From a virus (lineage: Duplodnaviria > Caudoviricetes), in IMG/VR virus record IMGVR_UViG_3300037467_000857, positions 1-42,906 of that record: 42,906 nucleotides of DNA; one strand, written 5' to 3'. The notes beneath the pieces are model-generated. The model saw nothing but the letters and a program-made list of their open reading frames with translations. It had not been told where the DNA came from and did not search any database. Of the stretch, positions 16,477 to 25,947 are shown piece after piece. Both the position numbers and the translations under genes were made by a program. Each line of letters begins with the position of its first letter. Within the stretch, counting starts at the first letter, position 1.

Positions 16477-18038
16477 CAGTTGAAGCCGGCCACGTCGTCG
16501 ACCCAGCCCTTGGTCTTCAGGGAGATCTGGTCGGCCGTATCGGTGGAGAGCGTGTAGACTTGGCCGGCGCTGTTACAGGCGACCTCGGAACCCAGGTAGT
16601 AGGCGTAGTTCGCGGGAGTTCCGTCGTACTGCTTGAACGTCGAGCGCCGCAGCTGGGCGAATTGCGCCGCGCCCCCAAGGCTCGGGACGCCCTCATCCGG
16701 GTCCGTGTAGCCAGAGAGGTACGGGTTCATGTCCGTCGCGCCGGTCGACTGGTAGATGACGATGGGGCGCACCTTGATCCCGATCGGAACGCCCTTGAGT
16801 TGGCGGAGGACCGGGGTCGGGCCGTTCGCCGTGCCGCCGGCGAGTTCGACGACCAAGTTCCCATTGGTGAAGTTGCAGCGGCGCCCGGTCTTCACGAAGG
16901 GGATGATGTTGCCCGAGGCGTCGGTCACCATCGACCAGATGCGACGGAACTTCGTGTAGCCCGAGGGCAGCGTCGGCGCCGTGGCCGACTGCGAGGTCAG
17001 GAGGTCCTGGACGTTCGGCGAGCCGGCCTTCCAGATCAGGAAGAGGTGGAAGTAGCTGTTCGCCGGGTAGGCCGTGGAACTGTCGCGGCAGCCGTTGCCC
17101 GTCCCCGCGGCCCAGACCGCCGAGATGTCCTTGGTCATCGGCGAGGCGAGCACGAGGTCGGTCGTGTTCGTGCTGTCGCGCGCCGAGCCGACGGAGGTGT
17201 CGAACTTGGTCAGGGGCGAAGAGAGGTTCGGCGCCACGTCCAGGCCGACGATGGCCGTTTGCGCCAGCCCCGGCGTCAGCGCCGCGAGCGCCGCCGAGAG
17301 CCCGGTGACCTGTGGGATGCCGGGCGGGTTGGAGGGCCCGTAGCAGGCGGTGATCAGGGCCAAGAGCGCCGCCTGGTTCAGCACCATGGGCGCGTTCGGA
17401 TAGGCGGTGATGTTGCCGGAGACGACGCTGGTCTGCCCGTAGGCGACGGTGACCACCCACACCCCGACGTTGCCGGTGTCCGGGGCGGGCGTCGTCTGGC
17501 TCCCCGTGGTGGCAGCAATGCCCGCCTTGGCCGTCACGACAGCTTGGTCGAGCCGGCTCACCGACACCGGAGCGGAAAGCGGCGAGCTAGGCGTGGCGGT
17601 GTTGAAGAAGGTCCGCGAAACGGCGGCCGTGTCCGCCTCCGAGAACGCGACCTCGATCAGGTAGTTGATCGATTGCCCCGGCGTCGTCGGAGCCGCCAGC
17701 GTCAGCTGCTGGGTGTCGCGGACGACCCCCTGCTTCAGCACCTGATGGTCGGTGTTGAGGTCCTGCGGCAGGCCTGTCGAGGACGGGATGCCCCCGCCGC
17801 CGGCATAGACGCCCCAGGCGGTCGATTCGATCGGCTCGACGGCGTAGATGCGCCCCGGGCCGACGTTGACCGCCAGTGAGGCCGGAGAGGTCGGCGTGCA
17901 GGCGAGGCCCGCGGCCAGTGTCGAGGCGCCCAGGAAGTCGAGTGCGAACAGCCCGAACGCCTCGTAGGAGGCGCGGTGCATGGTCAGGAGGTCCGCCGCG
18001 AGGGGAACCTCCTCCCGGTAGAAGGTCGTGCGATCCAT
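16476..18038 (-). CDS. Tail fibre protein 1 (baseplate-attached)
   Basis: Follows the baseplate wedge genes; LPSGYTKFRRIW fibre-type motif. Confidence 0.8.
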   Translation of the reverse strand: MDRTTFYREEVPLAADLLTMHRASYEAFGLFALDFLGASTLAAGLACTPTSPASLAVNVGPGRIYAVEPIESTAWGVYAGGGGIPSSTGLPQDLNTDHQVLKQGVVRDTQQLTLAAPTTPGQSINYLIEVAFSEADTAAVSRTFFNTATPSSPLSAPVSVSRLDQAVVTAKAGIAATTGSQTTPAPDTGNVGVWVVTVAYGQTSVVSGNITAYPNAPMVLNQAALLALITACYGPSNPPGIPQVTGLSAALAALTPGLAQTAIVGLDVAPNLSSPLTKFDTSVGSARDSTNTTDLVLASPMTKDISAVWAAGTGNGCRDSSTAYPANSYFHLFLIWKAGSPNVQDLLTSQSATAPTLPSGYTKFRRIWSMVTDASGNIIPFVKTGRRCNFTNGNLVVELAGGTANGPTPVLRQLKGVPIGIKVRPIVIYQSTGATDMNPYLSGYTDPDEGVPSLGGAAQFAQLRRSTFKQYDGTPANYAYYLGSEVACNSAGQVYTLSTDTADQISLKTKGWVDDVAGFN

Positions 18039-18045
18039 GCTGGCC

Positions 18046-18699
18046 TCAGGTGAACTGGACGAAGTAGGTCCGGCCCGCCGTGCGGACGCGCTCCAGCGCG
18101 TTGAGCACGTCGGTGGGCGTCGGTCCGTTGGCGATCGTGTCGGCGGCGTCCGCGAGCGCGAAGGTGCTCTCGAGGCCCGTCAGACTGTCGTTCAGGCCGG
18201 GCACGTTGGGGATGCCGAAGCCGCGGGGGGCGGGCGTGGTGATGTAGACCGTGTTCGGCGCCGTGGGCGTGCCGATGGGAACCGTCCCAACCCAGAGCGT
18301 GGCCCCGACGCAGCCGATGTCGGCCGGGCGCCAGCCTTCGTAGATGGCCGGGTGGTTTCCGGTCAGGTCGAAGACGGCCCGGTCGATGCCGGTGCGGGTG
18401 TTACGCGGCCGGAGGACTTCCAGGCGGATGCGGCGCGAATAGACGCCGTCGGGCTCGCCGCCGAAACGGTGCAGCGCCTCGCCAAAATAGTCGCTGGCCC
18501 CGAGGTCGAGCCAGCCGCCCGTCATGGTGGCGAAGCGGGTCTGGAGCTTGGCGTAGAGGTACAGCGAGTAGAAGAAGCTCAGCACCCACGCCGCGCCCTG
18601 GACCAGCGCATTGAACGCGGGGCTGTCGTCCTCGCGCCCGAACCACGGCGGAAGGTTCTGCTTCAGCCGGGCATAGCAGTCGGCCTGGTCACCGATCAT
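18046..18699 (-). CDS. Baseplate wedge subunit (P2 gpI/Mu gp48-like)
   Basis: Position after the J-like gene; WLDL...DYFG...R..GE.D..Y.RRI. Confidence 0.75.
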   Translation of the reverse strand: MIGDQADCYARLKQNLPPWFGREDDSPAFNALVQGAAWVLSFFYSLYLYAKLQTRFATMTGGWLDLGASDYFGEALHRFGGEPDGVYSRRIRLEVLRPRNTRTGIDRAVFDLTGNHPAIYEGWRPADIGCVGATLWVGTVPIGTPTAPNTVYITTPAPRGFGIPNVPGLNDSLTGLESTFALADAADTIANGPTPTDVLNALERVRTAGRTYFVQFT

Positions 18700-19889
18700 G
18701 GCGTCAGCGTCACCGCGCCGGCCTTCGCCAGCTGGTTGGCCGTAAGCGCGATGTCCGTGGACCCGGAGTTGAGGGTCAGGCTGGTGACGGTCTGCACGTA
18801 GGGCGACGCGTCGTGCATCACCTGGTCGATGCGGCTCACCGACACCACGGGCGCGTTGAGCGGCAGGGTGTTGAGATAGTTCTGGACCGCCAGCACGACC
18901 GCGGCCTTGGCGCTGGCCTGGGTGGCCGCGCTGAGCCCGGCGACGTAGCCGATGATCGCGCTGACCGCGACGGGCACGATCACCGGGGCATAGATGCCGA
19001 AGCCGTTGCCGCCCGCGGCCCTATGCGCGTCCACCGCTGCGCCAGCCGCGTTCAGGAGCGGTGTCGGCGGCGCGCCGGTGCCGTCGTCCACCACGAAGTA
19101 GAAGAAGCCCGGGTTCGAGGTCCCGTCGTGGTTTGCGTTCTCCACGATGACGCACTGGACGCCGCGCTGCAGGGCCTTGATCGCGTTGGCCAGCGCCGCC
19201 GGCGTCGCCTCTCGCAGGCTGAGGATGAAGGACCGGAACCGGGTGAGATACTGGCCGTCGGTCTCGGCGTCGAAACCGTTGGTGAAGGCCGAGCTGTTAG
19301 TGACGGAATCGACGCCCGGAATGGCTGAGGTGATGGTGTTGATCGCGCCCGCCACGGCGTTGGTCGCCGAGCCGGTGTTCACCGCCTTGACCGGAACCGT
19401 GACGGTCCCGATCCCAGCCGCCATGACATAGCCGCCGAGCGCGGCGTTGTAGGCCGGGTTCGTGGTGTCGATCGTTACCGCGTAGGCCTGCGACCCGTCC
19501 TGCGTGGAGACGGTCGTTTGGCTCACCCCGGTCGGGTCGACGGGGACCACGACTTGAAGCGAAGTCGAGAGCCGGGAGAAGGTGACCGCGCCGGTGGCCC
19601 CGATCGCGGGGAAGCGCGTCAGCAGAGTCGCGTCGGACGCCGTGGGCCCGCTCGCCCAGTCCGCGATCCAGCTGTCCAGGTCTGGGCCCACGCTGGTCTG
19701 CGCCCGCGTCGCCTTCAGGAGGGCAAGGAGGTTCGCCTGCAGCCAGAGCACGACGCCGGAGAAAGCCTCGGCGACGGCCAGGTTGATCGACCCTTCGGTG
19801 AAGTCCAGGAGGCCCGAGGCGGACGACTGGACCGCGGCAGCGATGCCTTGCAGGAGCTGCGGGAAGGTCTTCGTGGTCACGTCGGCCAT
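18696..19889 (-). CDS. Baseplate J/Mu gp47-like protein
   Basis: ATGAVTFSR, VTN..AFTNGFDAETD..YLTR motifs. Confidence 0.9.
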   Translation of the reverse strand: MADVTTKTFPQLLQGIAAAVQSSASGLLDFTEGSINLAVAEAFSGVVLWLQANLLALLKATRAQTSVGPDLDSWIADWASGPTASDATLLTRFPAIGATGAVTFSRLSTSLQVVVPVDPTGVSQTTVSTQDGSQAYAVTIDTTNPAYNAALGGYVMAAGIGTVTVPVKAVNTGSATNAVAGAINTITSAIPGVDSVTNSSAFTNGFDAETDGQYLTRFRSFILSLREATPAALANAIKALQRGVQCVIVENANHDGTSNPGFFYFVVDDGTGAPPTPLLNAAGAAVDAHRAAGGNGFGIYAPVIVPVAVSAIIGYVAGLSAATQASAKAAVVLAVQNYLNTLPLNAPVVSVSRIDQVMHDASPYVQTVTSLTLNSGSTDIALTANQLAKAGAVTLTP

Positions 19890-19890
19890 G

Positions 19891-20274
19891 TCAGGGCGTC
19901 ACCTCGAAGGAAAGCGGGACGGGCTGCCGATCCGGCAGGGCGGTGTAGACGCCGCGCACAGCGAGACCGCCGGGGAAGACCGTCACGGTGATGACGGGCG
20001 CCGGCGATTGGGCGACGGACGGCTCAAGCTTCATCTGCGCCAGGATCAGGGCCTGGATCTCGGAGGCGGTCGCGGTTGAGCCGAGCTTGCCGGGCAGGCC
20101 CGCCCCGTAGGTCGGATGCCAGATGTAGTCGCCGGGGTTCGTCATCAGCCGGCGCAGCACGCGCTGCTTCGAGCGCGCCGCGCGCGTCACCCGGCCGAGG
20201 TCTCCCGTGGGGGAGAGCCCGATGTCGCCGCCCCAGGTCTGGTCGATGTCGGCGAGGGCGGTCAGGTCGGCCAT
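19891..20274 (-). CDS. Baseplate wedge/sheath initiator (gp25/W/Mu gp46-like)
   Basis: RRLMTNPGDYIWHPTYGAGL motif. Confidence 0.85.
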   Translation of the reverse strand: MADLTALADIDQTWGGDIGLSPTGDLGRVTRAARSKQRVLRRLMTNPGDYIWHPTYGAGLPGKLGSTATASEIQALILAQMKLEPSVAQSPAPVITVTVFPGGLAVRGVYTALPDRQPVPLSFEVTP

Positions 20275-20277
20275 GCG

Positions 20278-20865
20278 TCACCCCGTCGGCTTGTTGGTGG
20301 GCTGCTCGGTGTCGCCGTGGCTGTCGGCCGGCTGGGTGTGGGTGTGCTGGCTGACCGTGTGGCCGCCGTTGAAGGTCCCCTCCCCCGTCGCCGTGAAGGC
20401 GCCGTCGTGGTTCCAGGTCCCTTTCGAGGTGATCCCGCCGCCGGGCGCGAGCACGACGTAGGTGCTCGCGTCGGCCTGAAGGTGCAGCGAGCCGTCCGTG
20501 GGCAGCTTCACGAACTGACCCGCCTTCTGGACGATCCAGATTTCGCCCTCAGGCACGCTCGGCGGGTGATCGACGTCGTTCGGGATGAACCCGGTGACCC
20601 AGCCGACTTCGCGGTCGCCTTCGAGGAAACTCACCGAGGCCATGTCGCCCTGGAACGGCGCGGCGTAGATGCCCCACCCGTTCCCGGCCTGTAGGACCTC
20701 GATCGGCAGCCAGCCGGTCTCGAAGTCCTCGGGCTGGATCGACACCTTCACCAAGTAGTTGTCCGGATCGTAGGAGGTCACGAAGCCGTACTTCGGCTTG
20801 CCGAGCAGGCCAGCGACCAGCGCGGCCTGGAAGCGCATCTGGTTGAGGTGGCGGCCGGCGCTCAT
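20278..20865 (-). CDS. Baseplate spike (P2 gpV/Mu gp45-like)
   Basis: ETGWLP OB-fold region; C-terminal HTH (HxH metal-binding apex). Confidence 0.9.
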   Translation of the reverse strand: MSAGRHLNQMRFQAALVAGLLGKPKYGFVTSYDPDNYLVKVSIQPEDFETGWLPIEVLQAGNGWGIYAAPFQGDMASVSFLEGDREVGWVTGFIPNDVDHPPSVPEGEIWIVQKAGQFVKLPTDGSLHLQADASTYVVLAPGGGITSKGTWNHDGAFTATGEGTFNGGHTVSQHTHTQPADSHGDTEQPTNKPTG

Positions 20866-21938
20866 AGGTCGGGCTGGCTTTCCGGATTGTGGTTCTTCGC
20901 CGCGACCTGCATCACGTAGCCGCCGTCGAAGCTGATCGAGCGCCGGATGCTGTCGGGGAAATAGGTCTGATCGAACGCCGTCCCGGTGCCAGAGAGCGTG
21001 ATCAGGTCCGACTTCTTCAGGGCGTTGTCCGCCGGCCCGCGGAAGTTCAGCCGCATCTCGTGCCGGCTGAGGTCGGCGAGGATCTGGTTCGCCTTCTTCT
21101 GCGCGCCAGCCGGATCAAGGCCGGGAAAGCTGTAGGTGTAGTTCTGGACGAGGCCTGAGCCCTTGCGGTTCCTCGTCGCCTTGCGGACGATGATCTTCTT
21201 GGTCTTCGGGTTCACCGACCTGACCGTCACGGTGATGTCCCGCGCGACAGTCAGGACCCGTGTGGTGTCGATAGTCAGCACCGGCCCGACCGGATACGGG
21301 GTGTCGGGGCCTGCCGGCTGGTACTTGAGCGGATAACTCCCCTTGGCCGGCGGCGGCTCGAAATGGAGTTCCTTGCCTGTGACGTAGACCACGAAGCCTT
21401 CTTCGCGCGCCAGCCAGGTCAGGAGGTCCCACTCGGTCCGGTCGTCGGTCAGCCGGACCGCGCCGTCCTTGTAGAAGATGCCCGCCTTGGTCGTGGTCGC
21501 GGTGACCTTCGGCGTCAATCCCCTGCGGTTCGCCAGGATCGTCGCGATCTGCGAGGCGGTCTGCTGGGGCCACTTCTCCGAGGTCTTGTTGTCCAGGAAC
21601 GTCGCGGTGAGGTCGCGGCCAGCGAGACGAACGACACCCGAGCTCCATTGGACCGACAGCTCATCGACGCGACCGGAGAAGAGGTTCTCCAGATCGCCAG
21701 GACCATAGTTCGCCGGATCGGCGGGGAAGCCGGCGAACAGCTCGACCTCAAGATCGGTCTGCGTCGCCCACCAGTCCGGGCCGCGGCTCGCCGGCAGGCC
21801 GTTCAGGGCGAAGTTGCAGGTGAAGGTGTCGGCCAGGAACATTGCGTTCCCGTCCCAGTCCCAGTCCCGCCACCCGGCGATCACCTCGCCGTTGATCCTC
21901 GCCAGCCCGCGCGGCTGGCGCAGCTCACCCTGCGCCAT
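20862..21938 (-). CDS. Baseplate hub (P2 gpD/Mu gp44-like)
   Basis: ADTF, LFSGRVD, GRD, EWDLLTWLAREEGF motifs; gene order. Confidence 0.85.
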   Translation of the reverse strand: MAQGELRQPRGLARINGEVIAGWRDWDWDGNAMFLADTFTCNFALNGLPASRGPDWWATQTDLEVELFAGFPADPANYGPGDLENLFSGRVDELSVQWSSGVVRLAGRDLTATFLDNKTSEKWPQQTASQIATILANRRGLTPKVTATTTKAGIFYKDGAVRLTDDRTEWDLLTWLAREEGFVVYVTGKELHFEPPPAKGSYPLKYQPAGPDTPYPVGPVLTIDTTRVLTVARDITVTVRSVNPKTKKIIVRKATRNRKGSGLVQNYTYSFPGLDPAGAQKKANQILADLSRHEMRLNFRGPADNALKKSDLITLSGTGTAFDQTYFPDSIRRSISFDGGYVMQVAAKNHNPESQPDL

Positions 21939-21941
21939 GGC

Positions 21942-22886
21942 CTACTGCAGGACGCCGCCCGTCGATCCGCCCGAAGGCGGCACGAGGATCGTCTTGACGC
22001 CGCTCACCACGGGATCGGTGAGACCGTTGGCGGCGGCGATGGTCGCCCATGCCGTCGCGTCGCCATAGGCGTCCTCGGCGATGGCGAACAAGTTTCCCCC
22101 GCCGACGGTGACCTGGGCGCCGCTCGCGCCGATGGCGGCCAGGTTGCCCTGCATCCGGCCGACCGTGGCCTGCAGCGAGTAAAGCCCGGAGGCCTGCGAC
22201 ATCGCGTTGAACTGGGCCTCAAGGCTGGCCACACCCGTCGACACCGGATTGTTCGGCAGGACGCCGCCCAGCGTCGTCACCGAGTTCAGCGTGTTCTCGG
22301 CCGTGGCGATCAGCGTCGTGACCCGGCTCTGCACCTGGGCGATGGGAGCCAGCACGGCGCTGATCTCGGCCTGCGTCGCCGAGGCGAAGTTCGAGACGCT
22401 CGAAATCGCCCCGTCGAGGCTGGTCAGGAACCCAGTGAGGGAGGTGTCGCCGATTTCGTCACCGAGGCCTTGGGCCGTCGTGTTGTCGGCCCCGATCATC
22501 TCGTCGACACCGGGCGTCGTGGCAGAAACGTCGGCGGTCAGGACTTCCAGCCTGAGGTTGTACGGAACCTCGTAGAAGCGCTCGAAGTCGTAGCGGAACT
22601 CGCGGATCACGACGGTGTCGGAGATGTCCCCGAGCGCCAGGCTGACCGTCGCGCCGGCGAGCCAAAGCTGTTCGATGGCGCGGGCCCGCGTCAGGGCGTC
22701 CTTGCCCCGGAAACGGCCGGTCCATTCCAGCGGGGCGCGCGAGGCGCCCATGGCGTCGATGATCCGGCGTCCGCCGATCAGCTGGTGGATCGTGAGGACG
22801 TGTTCGCCACCGAATCCGGTGATCCGGTCCGGGACCTCGAAGTCCTGGAAGGCGATTCCACCGAGGGTGAGGGTGAAGTCGGTCAT
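21942..22886 (-). CDS. Tail tube initiator with C-terminal LysM-like domain
   Basis: NLFAIAEDAYGDATAWATIAAANGLTDP; follows the tape measure. Confidence 0.8.
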   Translation of the reverse strand: MTDFTLTLGGIAFQDFEVPDRITGFGGEHVLTIHQLIGGRRIIDAMGASRAPLEWTGRFRGKDALTRARAIEQLWLAGATVSLALGDISDTVVIREFRYDFERFYEVPYNLRLEVLTADVSATTPGVDEMIGADNTTAQGLGDEIGDTSLTGFLTSLDGAISSVSNFASATQAEISAVLAPIAQVQSRVTTLIATAENTLNSVTTLGGVLPNNPVSTGVASLEAQFNAMSQASGLYSLQATVGRMQGNLAAIGASGAQVTVGGGNLFAIAEDAYGDATAWATIAAANGLTDPVVSGVKTILVPPSGGSTGGVLQ

Positions 22887-25003
22887 GCCGCGTCGAGCCC
22901 GACAGGGATCAGGGCCATGCGCGGGTCAGGCGCCGCCGAGACGCCCCAGGTCGTGCGCTCCATGGCGTCGGCCTGGTGGGCCCAGACGATATGGCCGACC
23001 TTCTGGCCGTCCATGTAGGCGTCGCCCTGGAGGGCGGCCTTTTGCACGGTGGGTGGCGCGATGAACCTGGACCCCGAAGGCATGGATGACGGTGTCACGC
23101 CTGGCGCCCTCGGAGGCGTCCCCGCGGCCCCTGGCGCCGCTGGCGCAGACGGCGCCGATGCGCCAGCCGCCGGCGGGATCGGCAGGCCACGGCGCTGAAG
23201 TTCGGCCGCGATAGCCTTTTCGTCGCCGACCCACTTGTTGATGAAGCGGTTCGCCGTCGGCGCGTCGATCCCGTGGTTCGCGAGCTGGTCGCGGTACGAC
23301 TTCTCCTGCGTCCTGGCATTCGTCAGCGCGCCGATCAGGTCGATCGGCGTGGCCTGGCCGAGGCCCCGCAGGATGTGGTTGTATTTCCAGCCGGTGTAGA
23401 TCAGCGCGCCGCCCGTGATCAGCGCCAGCGCCGGCGCGACGACGAGCGAGATGATCCCGGCGACGGCCATGAGGCTCGCGCCGAGAGTCTCCGCGCCGGT
23501 GGCGAGTTCGAGGGCTGCGACCTGGGCCGCTTTGGCTGGAGCCGTTAGCGCTGTCAGGCCGACCTTCAGCGGCAGGACGAAGCCCGCGGAAAACGCGGCG
23601 GCCATGATCGGCCAAGCGAGCGTCAGCGCGTTGATCGCGCCGGCGAAGAGAAGGACGCCGCCCGCGATCACGGAAAGGATCGAGAGGCCGGCAAAGGCGC
23701 CCACGAGGACCTTCACGATCGTCGGGTGTCGCCGCATCTCCGCGCTAAGGTCCCGCAGGACACCGACCAGCATCAGAGAGCCGCGGATGAGGGTCGGCAT
23801 AATCGAGAAGCCGATCTGGGCTAGGACGTTCTGCCACTGGGCGTGCAGCGCGGCCTCGGCGAGCGTCGGATCGGTTTTTAGCAGCTTCTGGTAGGCCGCA
23901 TATCCGCCATCCGCCCGGCTGATCGTGAGCTTGTCCCGCTCGTACTGCGCGGCCTTGAAGAACATGTTGTAGGCCGCGAACGCCGCGTTGCGGTTCGAGA
24001 ACATCGAATTGATCGCGGTCTCGGGCGTGATGTGGCGCTGCGCCGACAGCCGCTCCACCGCGGGCCGCAGATACTGCTGAACCCAGAGGAAGGGGTTCTG
24101 CTCGAAGAGCTGCGTGCCGGCGACAGAGCCGGGCTTCATCTGGTACTGACCCGTCGAGGTCTTCACGATGTCGCCGGGCTTGACCAGGCCGCTTTCGACC
24201 CAGAGCGGCATCGCCGCCTTGGTCATGCGGCCGTGCATCTGCTGGTAGAGGCTCATCAGGGCCGTACCGGCGCTTTGCGCACCGCCCCCTGAGGCCGTTT
24301 TCAGCTCCTGCATCAGTGTCGGGAGGTAGTCGTAGGTGAAGTCGTCCGACCACTTGTTGGTGGCGATCTTCCCCATCTTCAGGGCGCCATGGAAGTCGGA
24401 GACCGTGACGGTCCCGCCCATGCCGATGATGGCGCGGCTCATCAGCTCGGCGTTGCGCTGCAGGGCCGCCGTGGTCATCACGCCGGTCCGCAGCTCGATC
24501 GCCTTCACCATGTCAAACCCGACATGCTCCTGATGCCTCCCGGTCAGGGACTGCATCACGCCTTGGAGGCGGGCGACGACCGGCAACATGGCCGAGGCGT
24601 GCGCCTGACCCTCGGTGTCGGATCCGAAGGCGGAGCGTAGTTCCCGGAAGCTGGCCAGGTTCTCGGCCGCCGTTGAGGTCGGCACGGCGTAGCTGGTGCG
24701 CCAGGCGTCGCCGATCACGCGCGCGATCTCGGCGTGCTTCATGCCGAGCGTGTTCATCAGCGCGAGCTGGCGGGTGTACTCCTTGGCGACCGGAAAGCTC
24801 TTTTCGAGCAGATGCAAGCCGAAGAGGCCGGTTCCGGCCAGGACACCGCCGGCGAGCAGCTGGAATTTGATCTGGTCGAGCCGACGCTGCAGGCCCGCAG
24901 CGTCGCCGTGAACGCGCGCGAAAGCGCGGCTGAGCCCCATGAGGCCCGCGCCGACGCCGTCGATCAGGGTCAGGCGCACTGCCACGGAATAGGCTTCAAA
25001 CAC
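22883..25003 (-). CDS. Tail tape measure protein
   Basis: 706 aa, helical and Ala-rich with hydrophobic segments; position. Confidence 0.85.
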   Translation of the reverse strand: MFEAYSVAVRLTLIDGVGAGLMGLSRAFARVHGDAAGLQRRLDQIKFQLLAGGVLAGTGLFGLHLLEKSFPVAKEYTRQLALMNTLGMKHAEIARVIGDAWRTSYAVPTSTAAENLASFRELRSAFGSDTEGQAHASAMLPVVARLQGVMQSLTGRHQEHVGFDMVKAIELRTGVMTTAALQRNAELMSRAIIGMGGTVTVSDFHGALKMGKIATNKWSDDFTYDYLPTLMQELKTASGGGAQSAGTALMSLYQQMHGRMTKAAMPLWVESGLVKPGDIVKTSTGQYQMKPGSVAGTQLFEQNPFLWVQQYLRPAVERLSAQRHITPETAINSMFSNRNAAFAAYNMFFKAAQYERDKLTISRADGGYAAYQKLLKTDPTLAEAALHAQWQNVLAQIGFSIMPTLIRGSLMLVGVLRDLSAEMRRHPTIVKVLVGAFAGLSILSVIAGGVLLFAGAINALTLAWPIMAAAFSAGFVLPLKVGLTALTAPAKAAQVAALELATGAETLGASLMAVAGIISLVVAPALALITGGALIYTGWKYNHILRGLGQATPIDLIGALTNARTQEKSYRDQLANHGIDAPTANRFINKWVGDEKAIAAELQRRGLPIPPAAGASAPSAPAAPGAAGTPPRAPGVTPSSMPSGSRFIAPPTVQKAALQGDAYMDGQKVGHIVWAHQADAMERTTWGVSAAPDPRMALIPVGLDAA

Positions 25004-25040
25004 GCGCGCGTCCTCCCCTCGGTTGTGCTAGCCTTCCCGG

Positions 25041-25283
25041 ATGCAGCGCCGTTCCGCGTTCGACCGCGACTTCCGCGACCTTCACGGCTTCGCCCCGCGA
25101 AGCGCCGCGTTGATCGAGCATTGCGACGTCCGAAACCGCCGGCTCCGGACCGGAATCGACTTCCCGGTGCTGCGTCTGGCCTTCGGCTTGGCTGGCCTGC
25201 TCTGGGCCATCATCATCGGCGGCGCGCTGCTGGCCTTCACCGTCGTCGCCGGCATCTACGTCTACGCCTTCTTCACGACCTAG
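25041..25283 (+). CDS. Small membrane protein, antisense accessory gene (superinfection-exclusion candidate)
   Basis: Long C-terminal hydrophobic stretch; TAGCCT -10-like box 6 nt before the ATG. Confidence 0.6.
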   Translation: MQRRSAFDRDFRDLHGFAPRSAALIEHCDVRNRRLRTGIDFPVLRLAFGLAGLLWAIIIGGALLAFTVVAGIYVYAFFTT

Positions 25284-25777
25284 TCCGAGGTCTCGAAGTC
25301 GTAGCCGAGCGCTTCGTGGATCTTCTCGCCGCCGACCAGGCCGGTAGCGAGCGCGGCGCCAACCAGCTTCTCGATCGCTTCCTTGTTACGGAAGGCGGCC
25401 GGACCAAGCACCGGGCGCGCAGGGAGGCGGTCGGTCCCGAACTCTTGCCAGGCCATGCGCTCGTCGGTCGAGCCGATCACCGCCTCAAGCCCACTGACCT
25501 GATGCTCAATGCTGTCGCGCAACTCGCCGGTGCGCAGCAGCGGCTCGTTCTCGGAAAAGCCCTTCGCGACCCGGTCGTCCTTGGTGCTGTCGGCGAGCTC
25601 GGGCCAACCCGGGAACGGCCCGGTCTCGTTCTGGTAGACGCCGAACTCGGCTTTGGCGGTGCGCTCAACGAGCACCGCGACACGCTTAAGCCCGTGATGC
25701 AATTCGAGCGCGATCGTCGGCGCGAGCAGCGCGAACTCCTCCGCCATCGCCATCAAGGAACCGAGATGCTTGGTCAT
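25280..25777 (-). CDS. Virion morphogenesis/neck protein (Mu gpG/HK97 gp10-like)
   Basis: WPELADST, PLLRTGELRDSI, QEFGT.RLPARPVLGPA; ATG at 25777. Confidence 0.85.
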   Translation of the reverse strand: MTKHLGSLMAMAEEFALLAPTIALELHHGLKRVAVLVERTAKAEFGVYQNETGPFPGWPELADSTKDDRVAKGFSENEPLLRTGELRDSIEHQVSGLEAVIGSTDERMAWQEFGTDRLPARPVLGPAAFRNKEAIEKLVGAALATGLVGGEKIHEALGYDFETSD

Positions 25778-25947
25778 TTCGGGTCCTTGAAGAACATGGT
25801 CCGCCAGTCGAACTCGGCGCCGCCCTGTTCGGACACGATGATGCAGAAGGCGGAACGTTCGAGGTCGTCGAGGGAGAAGGCCACGTCGAAGGGAACCCCA
25901 TGGCGCACCAGCCACAGCGCCTCCCTGATCGCCGGGGCCTGGACTAG
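25774..25947 (-). CDS. Tail assembly chaperone, -1 frameshifted (gpT-like) segment
   Basis: Open -1 frame after the slippery A AAA AAC: LVQAPAIREALWLVRHGVPFDVAF...FKDPK. Confidence 0.75.
   Translation of the reverse strand, partial: LVQAPAIREALWLVRHGVPFDVAFSLDDLERSAFCIIVSEQGGAEFDWRTMFFKDPK

Noticed and set aside
11128-18038. Diversity-generating retroelement or invertase-driven fibre switching
   Set aside because: No reverse transcriptase, no adenine-variant TR/VR pair noticed, no serine invertase, and the fibres are in the same orientation
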